A DNA stretch of 63,818 nucleotides, filler included, from Neolecta irregularis DAH-3 (taxonomy: Eukaryota): NCBI GenBank assembly GCA_001929475.1. It is 6 parts of 6 records of this genome, joined end to end, with 100 filler letters (N's around TTAATTAATTAA, not from the genome) between each part and the next. Parts side by side here need not be neighbours in the genome. Positions count along the whole stretch, not along the records: positions 1 to 28,969 come from LXFE01000123.1; positions 29,070 to 39,085 come from LXFE01000127.1; 4 more parts are not named here. One strand, given 5' to 3'. The notes under the pieces were generated by a model. It made no database searches. It was given only the letters and a program-made list of their open reading frames with translations, and had not been told where the DNA came from. The translations under genes and the position numbers were made by a program. Of this stretch, positions 27,131-37,743 are shown in pieces. Numbering within the stretch: position 1 is the stretch's first letter; each line of letters begins with the position of its first letter.

Positions 27131-27161
27131 TAATCACTTTGTTCAGCATGTGGTGCTCATC

Positions 27162-27682
27162 ATCAAAACCACGTTCCTTCACTCATCCACGCCAAAATCG
27201 GTCAGTCATACTACAACGCTCTGTAATCCTTTTCAATTATCCACTCTCCTTCAGAATAATCATCTATAACCTGCCTGGTTTCGTTTCTCTTCATTCGCTC
27301 ATCCCGAATACGGAATGTTTATCCTCAACCCCGTCAAACCTTGCCTCCTCGCCCTCGCATATCGCTAGCCTATAGTACTGGTCGGAAGCTTCATCCTTTT
27401 GGTAATCGCGCTTCACAGAGTATCCTCGCTATCGGGAGTATACGGAGCACTGGGGAGTCGTCTTAGGTAGCTCACGGGAGCTTGGGAACTCATGTATTCC
27501 TTTTTTTATCCTTTTGCTTTTACTGATGTGGCTGCTGATGTGGCTCTTTCTCTTGTTGGGTATATAGCTGGGTACTTTTCCCCTTCGTCAGATAAAAGAC
27601 ATAATAACAATAACCCGCTCCTTTTCTTTATTACAACTATCCAAACACTACTCGAGAGTCTAGCGGATCTACCATATTTCAG
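27162..27682 (+). repeat. Dispersed repeat family A, copy 1 (about 520 bp)
   Basis: Colinear and highly similar to the reverse complement of 37744-38247. Confidence 0.9.
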
Positions 27683-28969
27683 TCATCTCTGCAATCGCTT
27701 GTCTCGAAGTAACCAATTTCTTTAGCTCATCGTTTCGGAAAAAATGATCATCATAGCTATAGTTTTAAATGTGCCCAGCTAATGGACCGATCCGGTCGAG
27801 TTCCTGCTGTTCAGCATTTTAGCCCTAAATCTAGTTGATTGATGTCCAAGCGAAAAAGCATTCCCCAAGAAGGTTGCGGAAGGAATTCTGTAATTGTCGC
27901 AAGTCGCAACGATGTGTCATTGTCTGTTCAACTAGATGACTTCATGCAAGATGTGTGCCGTTAGACATTTCTCCCATGAATCATAGAATCCCAGTTGATA
28001 GATGAAGTTTGGAAGGTCTAAAACACAAAGGGGCAGCGAGCGCTACCGATGCACCATCAAAAAGAAATTGTAGAAGACCATCGATGAACTAGATACAATT
28101 TTAGTGTGGTATTAATACTGATTTTCCCTGGACAATATTCGGGGAAGAAGGGTTCAACCAAGAAAGGAACATGTCATAAAGGAATGACAGTCTGCGAGCC
28201 TGATTGAATTTAATTCCCAAATTGATTTACATTCGCTGAGCAGTGTAAATATCTAGGATCGGAGCAACGGGGGAGATCCCCGAGTCCAAGTTTCATTCTT
28301 TCTGCCTTGGGATTAGTGTCTTGAGGATTGTAAGGGTCTGTTCTGGACCCTCTATGGCAAGGGGCTGTGATGTTGTACCAGTAATATTGAGAGCAGACAA
28401 GCTAGAAAAATCGGGTTAGGTCTAACAGAGGAACAATCACTTCGCCTCCTTTGAATAAAGGAAGTGTCATATTGTCAACGGAGATATTGGGTAGCCTGCG
28501 TTCATGAATGGCGATAGAGTCCGTATATATTAACACGATTGAGACGCAGAATATACCGAACCAATGACGGTTTTCTAAATAGGTAATCACGACTGCAAAA
28601 GCCGATTGAACCAGGCTAGAAAACATTTTATAATGGTTCACAGGGAAACTTGCATCCATTATCCAAACATAACTCGCCTTGCTAAAAACAACAAGGATAA
28701 GCAGGGCTTCATTATAGAAAAACTCAAGATCAAGTATATGCAAAGATCGTCCTCTCTACCTCTAACGTCATAGAAACCTGAATACAGAGGAACGAATAAG
28801 CTTCCTAGTGGTATTCTGTATACAAAGAAGGAAAATGTTAGTGTATTATCCCAGAAAGACGGGCACGGCATCATGGGAATGTCAATAAATGGCATTTCGG
28901 CAGAGTCCTTGGAGGCCGTGGATCATAGAAGACACTTGATTAGTCTAGTAGAGCTAGGAGAGGAACACG

Positions 28970-29069
28970 NNNNNNNNNNNNNNNNNNNNNNNNNNNNNNN
29001 NNNNNNNNNNNNNTTAATTAATTAANNNNNNNNNNNNNNNNNNNNNNNNNNNNNNNNNNNNNNNNNNNN
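28970..29069. other. Artificial assembly spacer (N44-TTAATTAATTAA-N44)
   Basis: The identical 100-bp linker, with stops in all six frames, also occurs at 39086-39185, 40577-40676, 41793-41892 and 62422-62521. Confidence 0.97.
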
Positions 29070-29519
29070 CTAAATGATTTGAAAATCGATTCATCACGCT
29101 TGCCAAATCTTCCAGCACCCTCTCAATAATGAACTAATAGAGAAGTGAAGGAGCACTATATCTCTAGCTAAAGCGGTTTCACATTCATAAATGGTCTAGC
29201 ACCTTTTCAATAATGAAAAAATATGGAGAAAGTAAATGTGTTCTATATCAAAACACCCTACCGCATTTTATCTTGGTCATCCATAAACTGAGACATTCTC
29301 TTTCCCTGATCTATATAATAGGGAAATATTTACCAGAACACTGTAGATTGCTTAGGCCAAGAACACTTGGATAAATTAAGTACTGCCTGAAACAAGCAAG
29401 TTGCAATTTGAGTAGGTTTGGTGAGACTTTGGCTTTTCTTCTCATCTGAAGATTCGATTTGCCGGAGAAGGAAGTATGGTTTTTGTCTCCTCAAGGCTGA
29501 GGTTTTGAGAGGAGGCTTC

Positions 29520-29830
29520 ATAGCTAATTAGAAGGTATTAAAGAGAATGTATTCTTTTGATTGTTCAAGAGACTGGTTCCAGGCCTGTATTTATTGCCCC
29601 ACTGTTCTCCTTTCCTGCAGAGGGGCGAGAAAGCAACTTGAAGACAAATATGAAAATATTGGGGAAGAAAAGGAGAGAAAGGAGAAAACTGACGGTTGGA
29701 TGCTTAGTGCTTGCCGTGCTGCCAAAAGGTCTCACCTCAGGGATTAGGTAGTTCCGCCGGGTTTCTTGTAGAAAGGGGATTCCAAACGAGGATTTTTGCA
29801 GGGGAGGAAAAGGGGGTGAGTATTGTAATT
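29520..29830 (-). repeat. Dispersed repeat family B, copy 1 (diverged)
   Basis: Shares ordered blocks CCCCCTTTT(T)CCTCC, AAATCCTCGTT, CCTAATCCC, CTCTGCAGGAAA and ATTCTCT with 60510-60930. Confidence 0.6.
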
Positions 29831-30227
29831 GATTACGAGAAGGACTTAAGAGAAAAAGAGGGCATAGCAGTTGTCTGTGAAAAGCAGAAAAGGGGGGAAA
29901 TGCAAAGGTTTGCAAAAAGGACCTTTGATCCCTCTGACGGCCCTGTTGTCTCGTCTATTCGTCCCTGCTTGTGCGTCTACCACTGCTAAGGCCGCTTGTA
30001 GCTGTCCCTGTGGTTGGGCTTCGAGTTGCGTTTAAGGGCTTGCATGAGTCCCTACATTTAGGCTAACACTGGAGAAACGGGCGAGATGGGAGCGCGAGGT
30101 GGAGACGGACGCGCGAGGAGGGTGGTATAGGAGAGACCGGCGAGAAGGGCTGGCGAGGCGGGCAGGTGAGGCCGTTAGGAGGAGACATAGGAGAGGGGCT
30201 GCAAAGGATTATTTAATATGACGTGAA

Positions 30228-30297
30228 AAAGCCCGTTTCGGCCCATGGGCTAAGCCCGCGGGCTTTTAATGGGCCAGGTTACTAAGCCCATGGTCCA
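30228..30297. mobile_element. GCCCATGGGC-rich palindromic cluster, probably the terminus of a DNA-transposon remnant
   Basis: Repeated AAGCCC/GGGC(T) units; a similar cluster follows CAGTGTTG at about 37665-37720; it abuts a 5'-truncated gene. Confidence 0.4.
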
Positions 30298-30620
30298 TTG
30301 AGTGCACATACGGATGCGCTTTAACCCGTCTCAGCGCGCGGAAAATACTTTACCACATTGACTATGAAAAAGCGACCGGTTCCCTTGATCTTGCTATGAT
30401 AGGGATGATTGAACATGGACAAATTAGGGGGTATACGGTCGTTCCACCAATTTTTGCAGATTTCAAGGTCGGCGATGCAAAGGAAAAATCCTACAATGTG
30501 GTCGCGACTGCCCCAAACAATGAACCCTCAGTTACAAATGACAATAGAGCCCTAGTTATGGAATACTGGAATATAAGGGATAGTGTTCGTGACCATCTAT
30601 TAGATGAAGTGATGGAGTGA
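30297..30620 (+). pseudogene. GT25-family glycosyltransferase, isolated C-terminal fragment
   Basis: ECTYGCALTRLSARKILYHI...SLDLAMIGMIEHGQIRGYTVVPPIF resembles the C-terminal motif of fungal GT25-like proteins; no upstream exons, begins at the palindromic cluster. Confidence 0.6.
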
Positions 30621-31263
30621 TTTCAGGTATCTGAGTATCACGACCGCAAGTCTTAAATAGCGTGTCACAGGAAAATAGTACACGTGGTATTTTCCGGTTA
30701 TCTGATGGGGTTTCTCTTCCTTGATTTACTATAATGACGTGGCTCATACATGTAAATCTATAAGTAGTCCTGTACCTGCACATTTAAGGATATAAATTGG
30801 TTCATAATTGTCCTGTCTATTCAGTATCCTTGCCAGTTAATCATCACAGATTACGGCAAGGCTTCTAGGTGACAAGCAATGAAAAAGATATGGCCGCCTG
30901 TTCAGGTGCAAACAGATTCTGTGATAATATATCGTGAGAATAAATTTCACACCAGGTCGACCATATTGAGATACTTCAGACATACCAAAGCAAACTTGAT
31001 ATATTTGCTGGTCTTTCCTCAATCGTGAAATATCAACTGGAACTTGCGCTGGCGTAACAAAGTATGAATCTCAGATTGCTTGCAGGAGTATCTGCTAGAG
31101 GATTTCAAAGCGAAACTGACTGGAACGAAGTGAGTAATTCTTTAGATCTTATATGACAGCACAGTCCGTAAATTGATTATCTGCTTGGACTTTTGCCCTA
31201 GCACCACCTTCTTTTGATCAAAATAAATAATCGCCAATACGCCCTGAATCCTTGGCCTTCTCT

Positions 31264-32031
31264 CTAAATGGATCTATGTCTATCCGAGATATATCTTCTC
31301 AGAGCATCGATTGTGATTATCTTAAGCTCGTGTTTCTTAGCAAATTCCGCACAATCATCTCTTCGGGCCATCGAGCCGTCATCCCTGACAATTTCACATA
31401 TTACGGCGCAAGGAGAGAGGTTTGATTGAAGGCAGAGATCTAAAGTGATTGGAATTAATCGATTCAACTTCACGTACCTATGGAAGCTTCAGTATGACCT
31501 TTTCTAGCAATTACTCCGCCTTCATGACAACGCAAGGGCAATATATGGCCTGGACGGCTGAATTGGGATGGATTGACAGACATATCGGCAAGTTTTCGTG
31601 ATGTCAACGCTCTATCATGAGCTGAGATTCCTGTAGTCGTCCCTTCAATCAGCTAGTGAATTCAGCACGCAATGCCTTCAATAAAATCTGTAGAAATAGC
31701 GTATGCTGTCTTCATTCTCTCGTTATTACTCGGAACCATCAGTGGCAACTGTAATTGATCGAGTCGTTCTCCAGTCATCGGAACACAAATATACCCACTA
31801 GCGCATGAGCAACATAACCAATATGCTCAGGCTTTCCTTGTATGCCTAATCATGAAGGCCATTTTCTCAGTTGTCATATGTTCGGCGGCAATAATCAAAT
31901 CTCCTTCATTCTCGCGATCCTCGTCATCCATGACGACAACAAATTTTCCATTTTCTACAGTTGTTAGACTATCTTGGCGAGGCGTATCGCATACGTAAGT
32001 CTTTTATTGTAGATTCAATTGAGTCGAACAT
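31264..32031 (-). CDS. RIB3: 3,4-dihydroxy-2-butanone 4-phosphate synthase (riboflavin biosynthesis), 5 coding exons
   Basis: MFDSIE...[21 protein letters not shown]...[14 protein letters not shown]...[14 protein letters not shown]...RPGHILPL...GHTEAS...[18 protein letters not shown]; two of its introns need non-GT donors. Confidence 0.95.
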
Positions 32032-32194
32032 CGGGACTGTTCTGCCTGACGAAAAAAGGGGAAATTGAATTGAAGGGTTACTTGCGAGGTCAAACGGATT
32101 CGCAAGACATTCGGCTGCTGCACACTAATCTGTAAGATGGAACAATAGAAACCATTAAAATCCTCAGATAACACTAGTTACACAGATACATTAG

Positions 32195-32258
32195 AATAAG
32201 TCATCTTCCAATATTGGGTCTCCACAAGTATACAAATAAGTCATCTTCCAATATTGGG
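32195..32258. promoter_or_regulatory. Two exact 24-bp direct repeats, each containing palindromic CCAATATTGG (CArG/CCAAT), upstream of RIB3
   Basis: AATAAGTCATCTTCCAATATTGGG at 32195-32218 and 32235-32258. Confidence 0.55.
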
Positions 32259-32569
32259 GTAAGAGGTCATTAAATCTTTTCCTCCGCGGAGTGACTGCGT
32301 CCATGAACAGATCATTGGTAGCAGATCTTGGGTATCTAAACTCCTGAAAACCATAAGCTGCCTATATTAATAACCTGGAATTCTCAAAGCCATGTGTATA
32401 ATGTGCGAGAAGATCAAAACGAATACAGTTCAATTGCTAATTCTTGGAAGAAATAGATTGAATGATATCTCATAATCCAATAAATACATTTTTCACAACC
32501 TCGTTTTAATATCAGTTTTGGCTATCGAAGCCCAACATATCTGTCATGATTTTTCGGTCCTCTCAGAGT

Positions 32570-33278
32570 CTAACCATTCTTGGATGCCTGCGCTTGTTCA
32601 TAAATCCAGTCGTTCAACCCTTCGTAATTTCTCCATATCTCAATGGCCAGAAACTAAAGTGTAAGATCGATCACGATCAGAAATAAAATACCTGCATTCG
32701 CGGCACTAGCTGATTAGATAAAACAAAAGATGGATAATGTACCAAAGATGGTGGTTTCAGGACTATATTCAGCTTTGGGACTTGATCTTAATAAAGTTCC
32801 GAAATTGAAATCCTCGATCTGACCAAAATGTCAACGAGATGGCGAAAGATGAAAATGAACCTTTTCCTGGAATAGCAACATGAATTCTCGCCAAAATTTC
32901 TTTCCATCTGGAGATTTCATTTTATCTTCATCAATCGTTTCAGCGGGCTTGAAATCTGGGAAGGCCTTCTTGAGTTCTTCCAAAATCTCTGCATCAATGC
33001 TGTCTGATCAGTTTCTTGACAATTGTCAAAAGAATTTCACTTGGTCAAAGCTAGTTCACTGCCTTTCCTCATGCTGAGAACATTCCAGTAAACTTCTACA
33101 GATGTGAGCAAGATGAAAAAATGACCTACTCACATACCCGCATGCTGAGCCGCCTTGATTGCAAATGCCTGTTCAATCTATACATAAATCGAATTTCTGG
33201 GGATCAAAGATAAAGTACGGTCTCGTCATTTTCTGCATTTTCCGGCACGGCTACTGGGTTATTTGGTGGTTGGATCAT
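32570..33278 (-). CDS. PBDC1/YPL225W-like protein (DUF757), 7 exons
   Basis: Spliced: NAENDET|IEQAFAIKAAQHA|EVYWNVL...LALTNIDAEI...MKSPDGKKFWREF...IEDFNFGTLLR...TIF|VPRMQ|FLAIEIWRNYEGLNDWI. Confidence 0.88.
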
Positions 33279-33461
33279 TGTGTCTGGTGTTGGAATATCG
33301 GCCTCTATTATTATCAAATATTTTAAGGCGGGCTATTATCACACGTGGACCCATCGGCTAGCAATTGCTAGCCCAGCATTCTCAAAGGTAGATCACGAAT
33401 AGTCAAGATATTGAGATGTACTATACACCCAAAATATAATTACTGGGGACCTTTGACAAAC

Positions 33462-35269
33462 TTATAAACACTCCTGTCGCCGCATCATCGAACTACTTTC
33501 TTCATATATCGTATCCATCGATTTGATATCTTTTTCAAAATTCATTCGTACTTGCATTTTGCGAATTGGCTGTTTGCCCTCGGAATGCAAATAAGGAGAC
33601 CTCGAAAAACTCCAGTCCTTTGGAAAGTTCACTTTCTTGAATGCTTGGGAGAGTGATTGCGATATTCGAAAGAATGGAGAAAAGAAACGATGAAATATCG
33701 GTTCGGTTGTATTTCTGTTTTCGCGCAAACGACAAAGTTCTTTAGCACCAGCACTGAGCTCTATCGGAAGCCAACTGCTCCCTCCCATATTTAAGCTTGG
33801 TCGCGCAGATGACAATGACATTTGTTCATAAGGCGCATCCAGTATTTTGAGTTCTTCGTTAAATGATTGGACCTATCCGTCAGTTGTATTTCCAGAATAT
33901 CTGCAGACAATATTATCGATGGACGTGTCTGCATACCCAATATCTTCCAGTCGATGATAAACTTGAGCTAAAAGTTTAACCTTCATTGGTTATAGCAGTA
34001 ATAACCTGCCGTGATTTGAGAATCAATCTTGGTCGTTGAATCTTTCACGGCCTCACCTTGATGAATATCCACTAGCGCTTTGGGACATGTTAAGTCGAAG
34101 TCACAGTCCGTGAACGATAAAGTTTGCAGAAGCCAGTTGGCTGTATCGACCTGTCTTATGTCATGAGATTTCATTACTACAGCCAGGGGTTCATCAGAAT
34201 GTTCTTGTGCGGTCAAAGTTTCAAACCTGTGCATAGGTTCTACATCTTGATCTTGCAATCGCGAGCTTGTCGAGGCGTCAGTTTCAAATATCTTCCTACT
34301 TGCTACCGATCTCGAACATGTTTCTGAATGATTATCTTGCGAACCAAGAACCCATTCAGATGTCCTATATGCCCTGACTGACGAAGTTGGTGTGATAATG
34401 CAAGATGACAGCGCGAAAAGTGGTTCGTCACTTTCAGATTCACTGTCGGACTCCTTCCTTGCCACGACGAGAAGACCTCCCATGACATTGCTATACGTTG
34501 CAGCTCCTCGAGTGAAGGCGCCAAACTTGGTCGCCGAGCCAGCACTGGCGATTCTAGAAGCATCCTCTGGAGCTTCTTCAGAGATCTCTGTTGATATCAT
34601 ACATTTCTTCAATGGAATTGGCGAGGAGGAAATTTCCAATGAAGTTCCTGATACACCAAAAGTCGGTGTATAAATTACTTTTCCTTGTTTTGGCGTTGAA
34701 AACGGTCTGTTGAATGCGTCATCTTCACATCCTGTATCTGGATCTTGAAGCTGATGCTGGCTTCGAAACTGCTGTTTCCTTGCATCAAGTGACTTCGTTC
34801 TACCCTTTGGCTCCGCCAGTGTATCTCGCAATTCGTCATCAAGGACCAGTGTAGTATGGTGCTCAGAAAGGTCAGAAAGTTCTTCAGGATACGATCGAAA
34901 GTGCTTTCTATGCTTGAAGCGGGGTGCACTTCCAAAAAGGAATGATATATCCTCAAACATCTTAGAGAAGCTTTGACTTTCTTCAATATTTCCCTCCAAT
35001 GAAGGTTGCAAGAACGAGGCATTTGAAAGGCCAAGTGGCAGTGAAGCTGGCCTTTTGGCCTTATTAGTTAATTACTTCCTATCCTCAAGAGGTCATACAC
35101 AAATAGTGCTTCTTTTTAGATTGAATGCATGGCCATAAGTAGTAATAGCAGATGTAGCTGCTTGTTGCCTGGACTTTAATTTTTGTATAGTAATGATGAA
35201 TTTTGGAGATAGTTTCTTGGTTTCAGTAGCTTGCTGTCCTCTTGAGGTCTGAACTTCTGTTGATTGCAT
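33462..35269 (-). CDS. Hypothetical Ser/Glu-rich protein, multi-exon
   Basis: First exon MQSTEVQTS... joins through a GTATGA...CTAATAAG intron to a 342-codon ORF, followed by further exons; no recognised domain. Confidence 0.5.
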
Positions 35270-35612
35270 CCTTGTGAATAATATAACAGAAAAGAGGTAC
35301 AAAATAGGAATAACTTTTATTCTGGAACTAGAATAAGAAGAGGGTTGAATTTTTGTTTGAAATTAGTATCTATCTCTTGAAAAATTGGGGCTATATATGT
35401 AAGGGCTAATTATCCATATCTTACATATTCAGTGTTGGCAACAATATGTCAATAAATATGATATATTGTATATCATGTGATATGATATGGGTTCTTTCAT
35501 ATTTTGCCAATATGAGATAGGATTTTTCATATTGTGACAATAGGATATAGGGTTTCCACCCTTGCCCATGCAGACATGATCACCCAGCGCGTCCCGCTAA
35601 ATCAATTGGTTC

Positions 35613-36382
35613 AAGTTACCTTACACCATTGCCAAAAATGCAGACGATTACGGAACCAAGGTCATGTATGAGGATAAGGTATATGTACCGTAGGACGATT
35701 TTACGGAGGGATTATTCATTGAATATCGACATTTTCACAAGCAAAATATTGAGCCAGGATTCGAATTTGGCTTTGGATCATGTGAGCATCTTTTTTATAT
35801 ATGGTCCACTAACACTTGAAAGCTTATTCCACATTCACCTATGCTAGCCTTTTGATAGTTAGCGATTCTCCGTATCAAGCCAATCCGACCGTACCGTTGA
35901 AACCTATCATTAGAACACCAACTCGAGGTAATGTTAGACACTTCCAAGCACATTCACCCGCGTCAAAAATCACATTTATCCGTACATCTCAGCAGATGCA
36001 AATATCGATATCGGTCCATATCCTTACCCACCTCATGCAGTAGATACCACTCCACATCTACCAAGCCCAGCTGGTGGTGGACCTGGAGGAAATCCATCTC
36101 TATATGATGTCTTGTATCAAGCATCAGCAACGATCACCAATAACGAACCACTTCCAGGGAAAGTAGTTGCTCAATTATATATCGGTTTACCGGAATGTGT
36201 AGATGCGCCCCCCAAAACAATTTCGTGGCTTTATAAAAGTGTCATTGGATGTGAATTCACCTGCTACGGTTACTTTCAACTTGACTCGATGCGACTTGAG
36301 TATCTGGGATATCAAGATCCAGAACTGGGTTATTCTTCCTGGTACTATCAAAGTCTTTGTCGGAAAGAGTTCGCGATATTAG
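35613..36382 (+). pseudogene. GH3 beta-glucosidase, 3' fragment with frameshifts
   Basis: KLPYTIAK/(fs)NADDY...[14 protein letters not shown]...FEFGFG|SYSTFTY...GGPGGNPSLYDVLY...VAQLYIGLP...PPK/(fs)QFRGF...LTRCDLSIWD...VFVGKSSR; catalytic N-terminal part absent. Confidence 0.85.
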
Positions 36383-37743
36383 ATGCTGTCCATTGCGAAT
36401 AAAACTTCCAGATCCAGTGGAGGCGGGGGAAGCGGGCAATGAAGCAGGCGTCGAGGGGCAAGGGGATGTAGCGGCAAGAGGATGTAGAGGATTGCGCTGG
36501 GTAGGGTTAGAGCCCTAAACCCTATGTGATGAAGAGAGAAGTGACCTGCAGAAAAAGGAGACAATTCCGAAAGGCTGGTGATGTGCCCATAATGCGGCAA
36601 CAATCAAGACGAGCATCTCTTTTTTTAACACTTCAAAGGTCCCCAGATCGATGGATGTAAGATTAACAACTTTTTACCTGTAAACAGATTACCAGCGTAT
36701 GGAAATATTCATATCAGGCTAGCTGGTAATCCTCGAACGAATCTACTTATGCAACCATTTGACCACATCCTCTTCACTATCATTCGAAGAAGCATATTCC
36801 CCTCTGCATTCGAATTGAAAAGTAAACCTAAGGCTGCTTCCGAAGAATGGGAACAATTTCAGGGTATCGACTAGAAAATTCGCGATGGTGAAGGAGGCTA
36901 CGTAGAGGCCGCCATTTTGTGGGTCAGATTTTAGTCCGTACAACCACCCGGGTTGCTAGCGGCTCATGCTAGTGGCTTGCATTTTTGGCCTTTTACTGTA
37001 TCTCAATGACTAATGTTCAACTGGATATCAGGTACTAAAAGGCTCGAGAACATCTAGCTTACCTGAGAATATACTTGATTTTCATAATCATCCATAGGAC
37101 CTTGAGCTGACTGAAATATAAATAGTGCCCCTTGCTGATGGAATTTATATTTCAATGAATCTTCTTCGTGACATTGCTTGCTTCGCCTTCATCATCTCTG
37201 CCACGAAAGACAATGAAGAAACAGAAGCTGACGCTTCCACTCAAACCTGGCACTTCTCACCCCTTCGGTCTCGCGAATTTTATCCTTTGTTTATTAAACA
37301 CGAAAGAAGTAAGGAATATCTTGCCTGTGGTCTAGCCCCGAAATCACATGCGGACAATATTAGATGGGATAGTTCTGGGTCTCAGAATTCCGGACATTTG
37401 TATTTTGGAACGACCAAGGCTCACTATGAAGAGAATGATGAGAGTAGAGCAGTCCTTTTTGTTGCAGCAAAATATCCTGCGGTATTTCAGTTGGAAGATT
37501 CCACGCTTATACACGATAAATCCAAGATTTGGTATAAGCCCTTTTTCGGTTGTGATAGAATATGTTCGCAAAAAACTTCAACATGTAGCATTGAAGGTAG
37601 CATAATTAGGAATTGTATGGGTCTATGTTTCACGCACAGTTGAACTGACAAGTATAGAACCGACCAGTGTTGCGATGGGCCAAAGCCCATGGGGTTTTTG
37701 TAAAACATGGCCCATGGGCATGTAACACACACGTTGATGCTGC

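Noticed and set aside
27700-28969. Short minus-strand ORFs before the first gap
   Set aside because: No coherent gene model or recognisable motif; possibly a decayed orphan gene.
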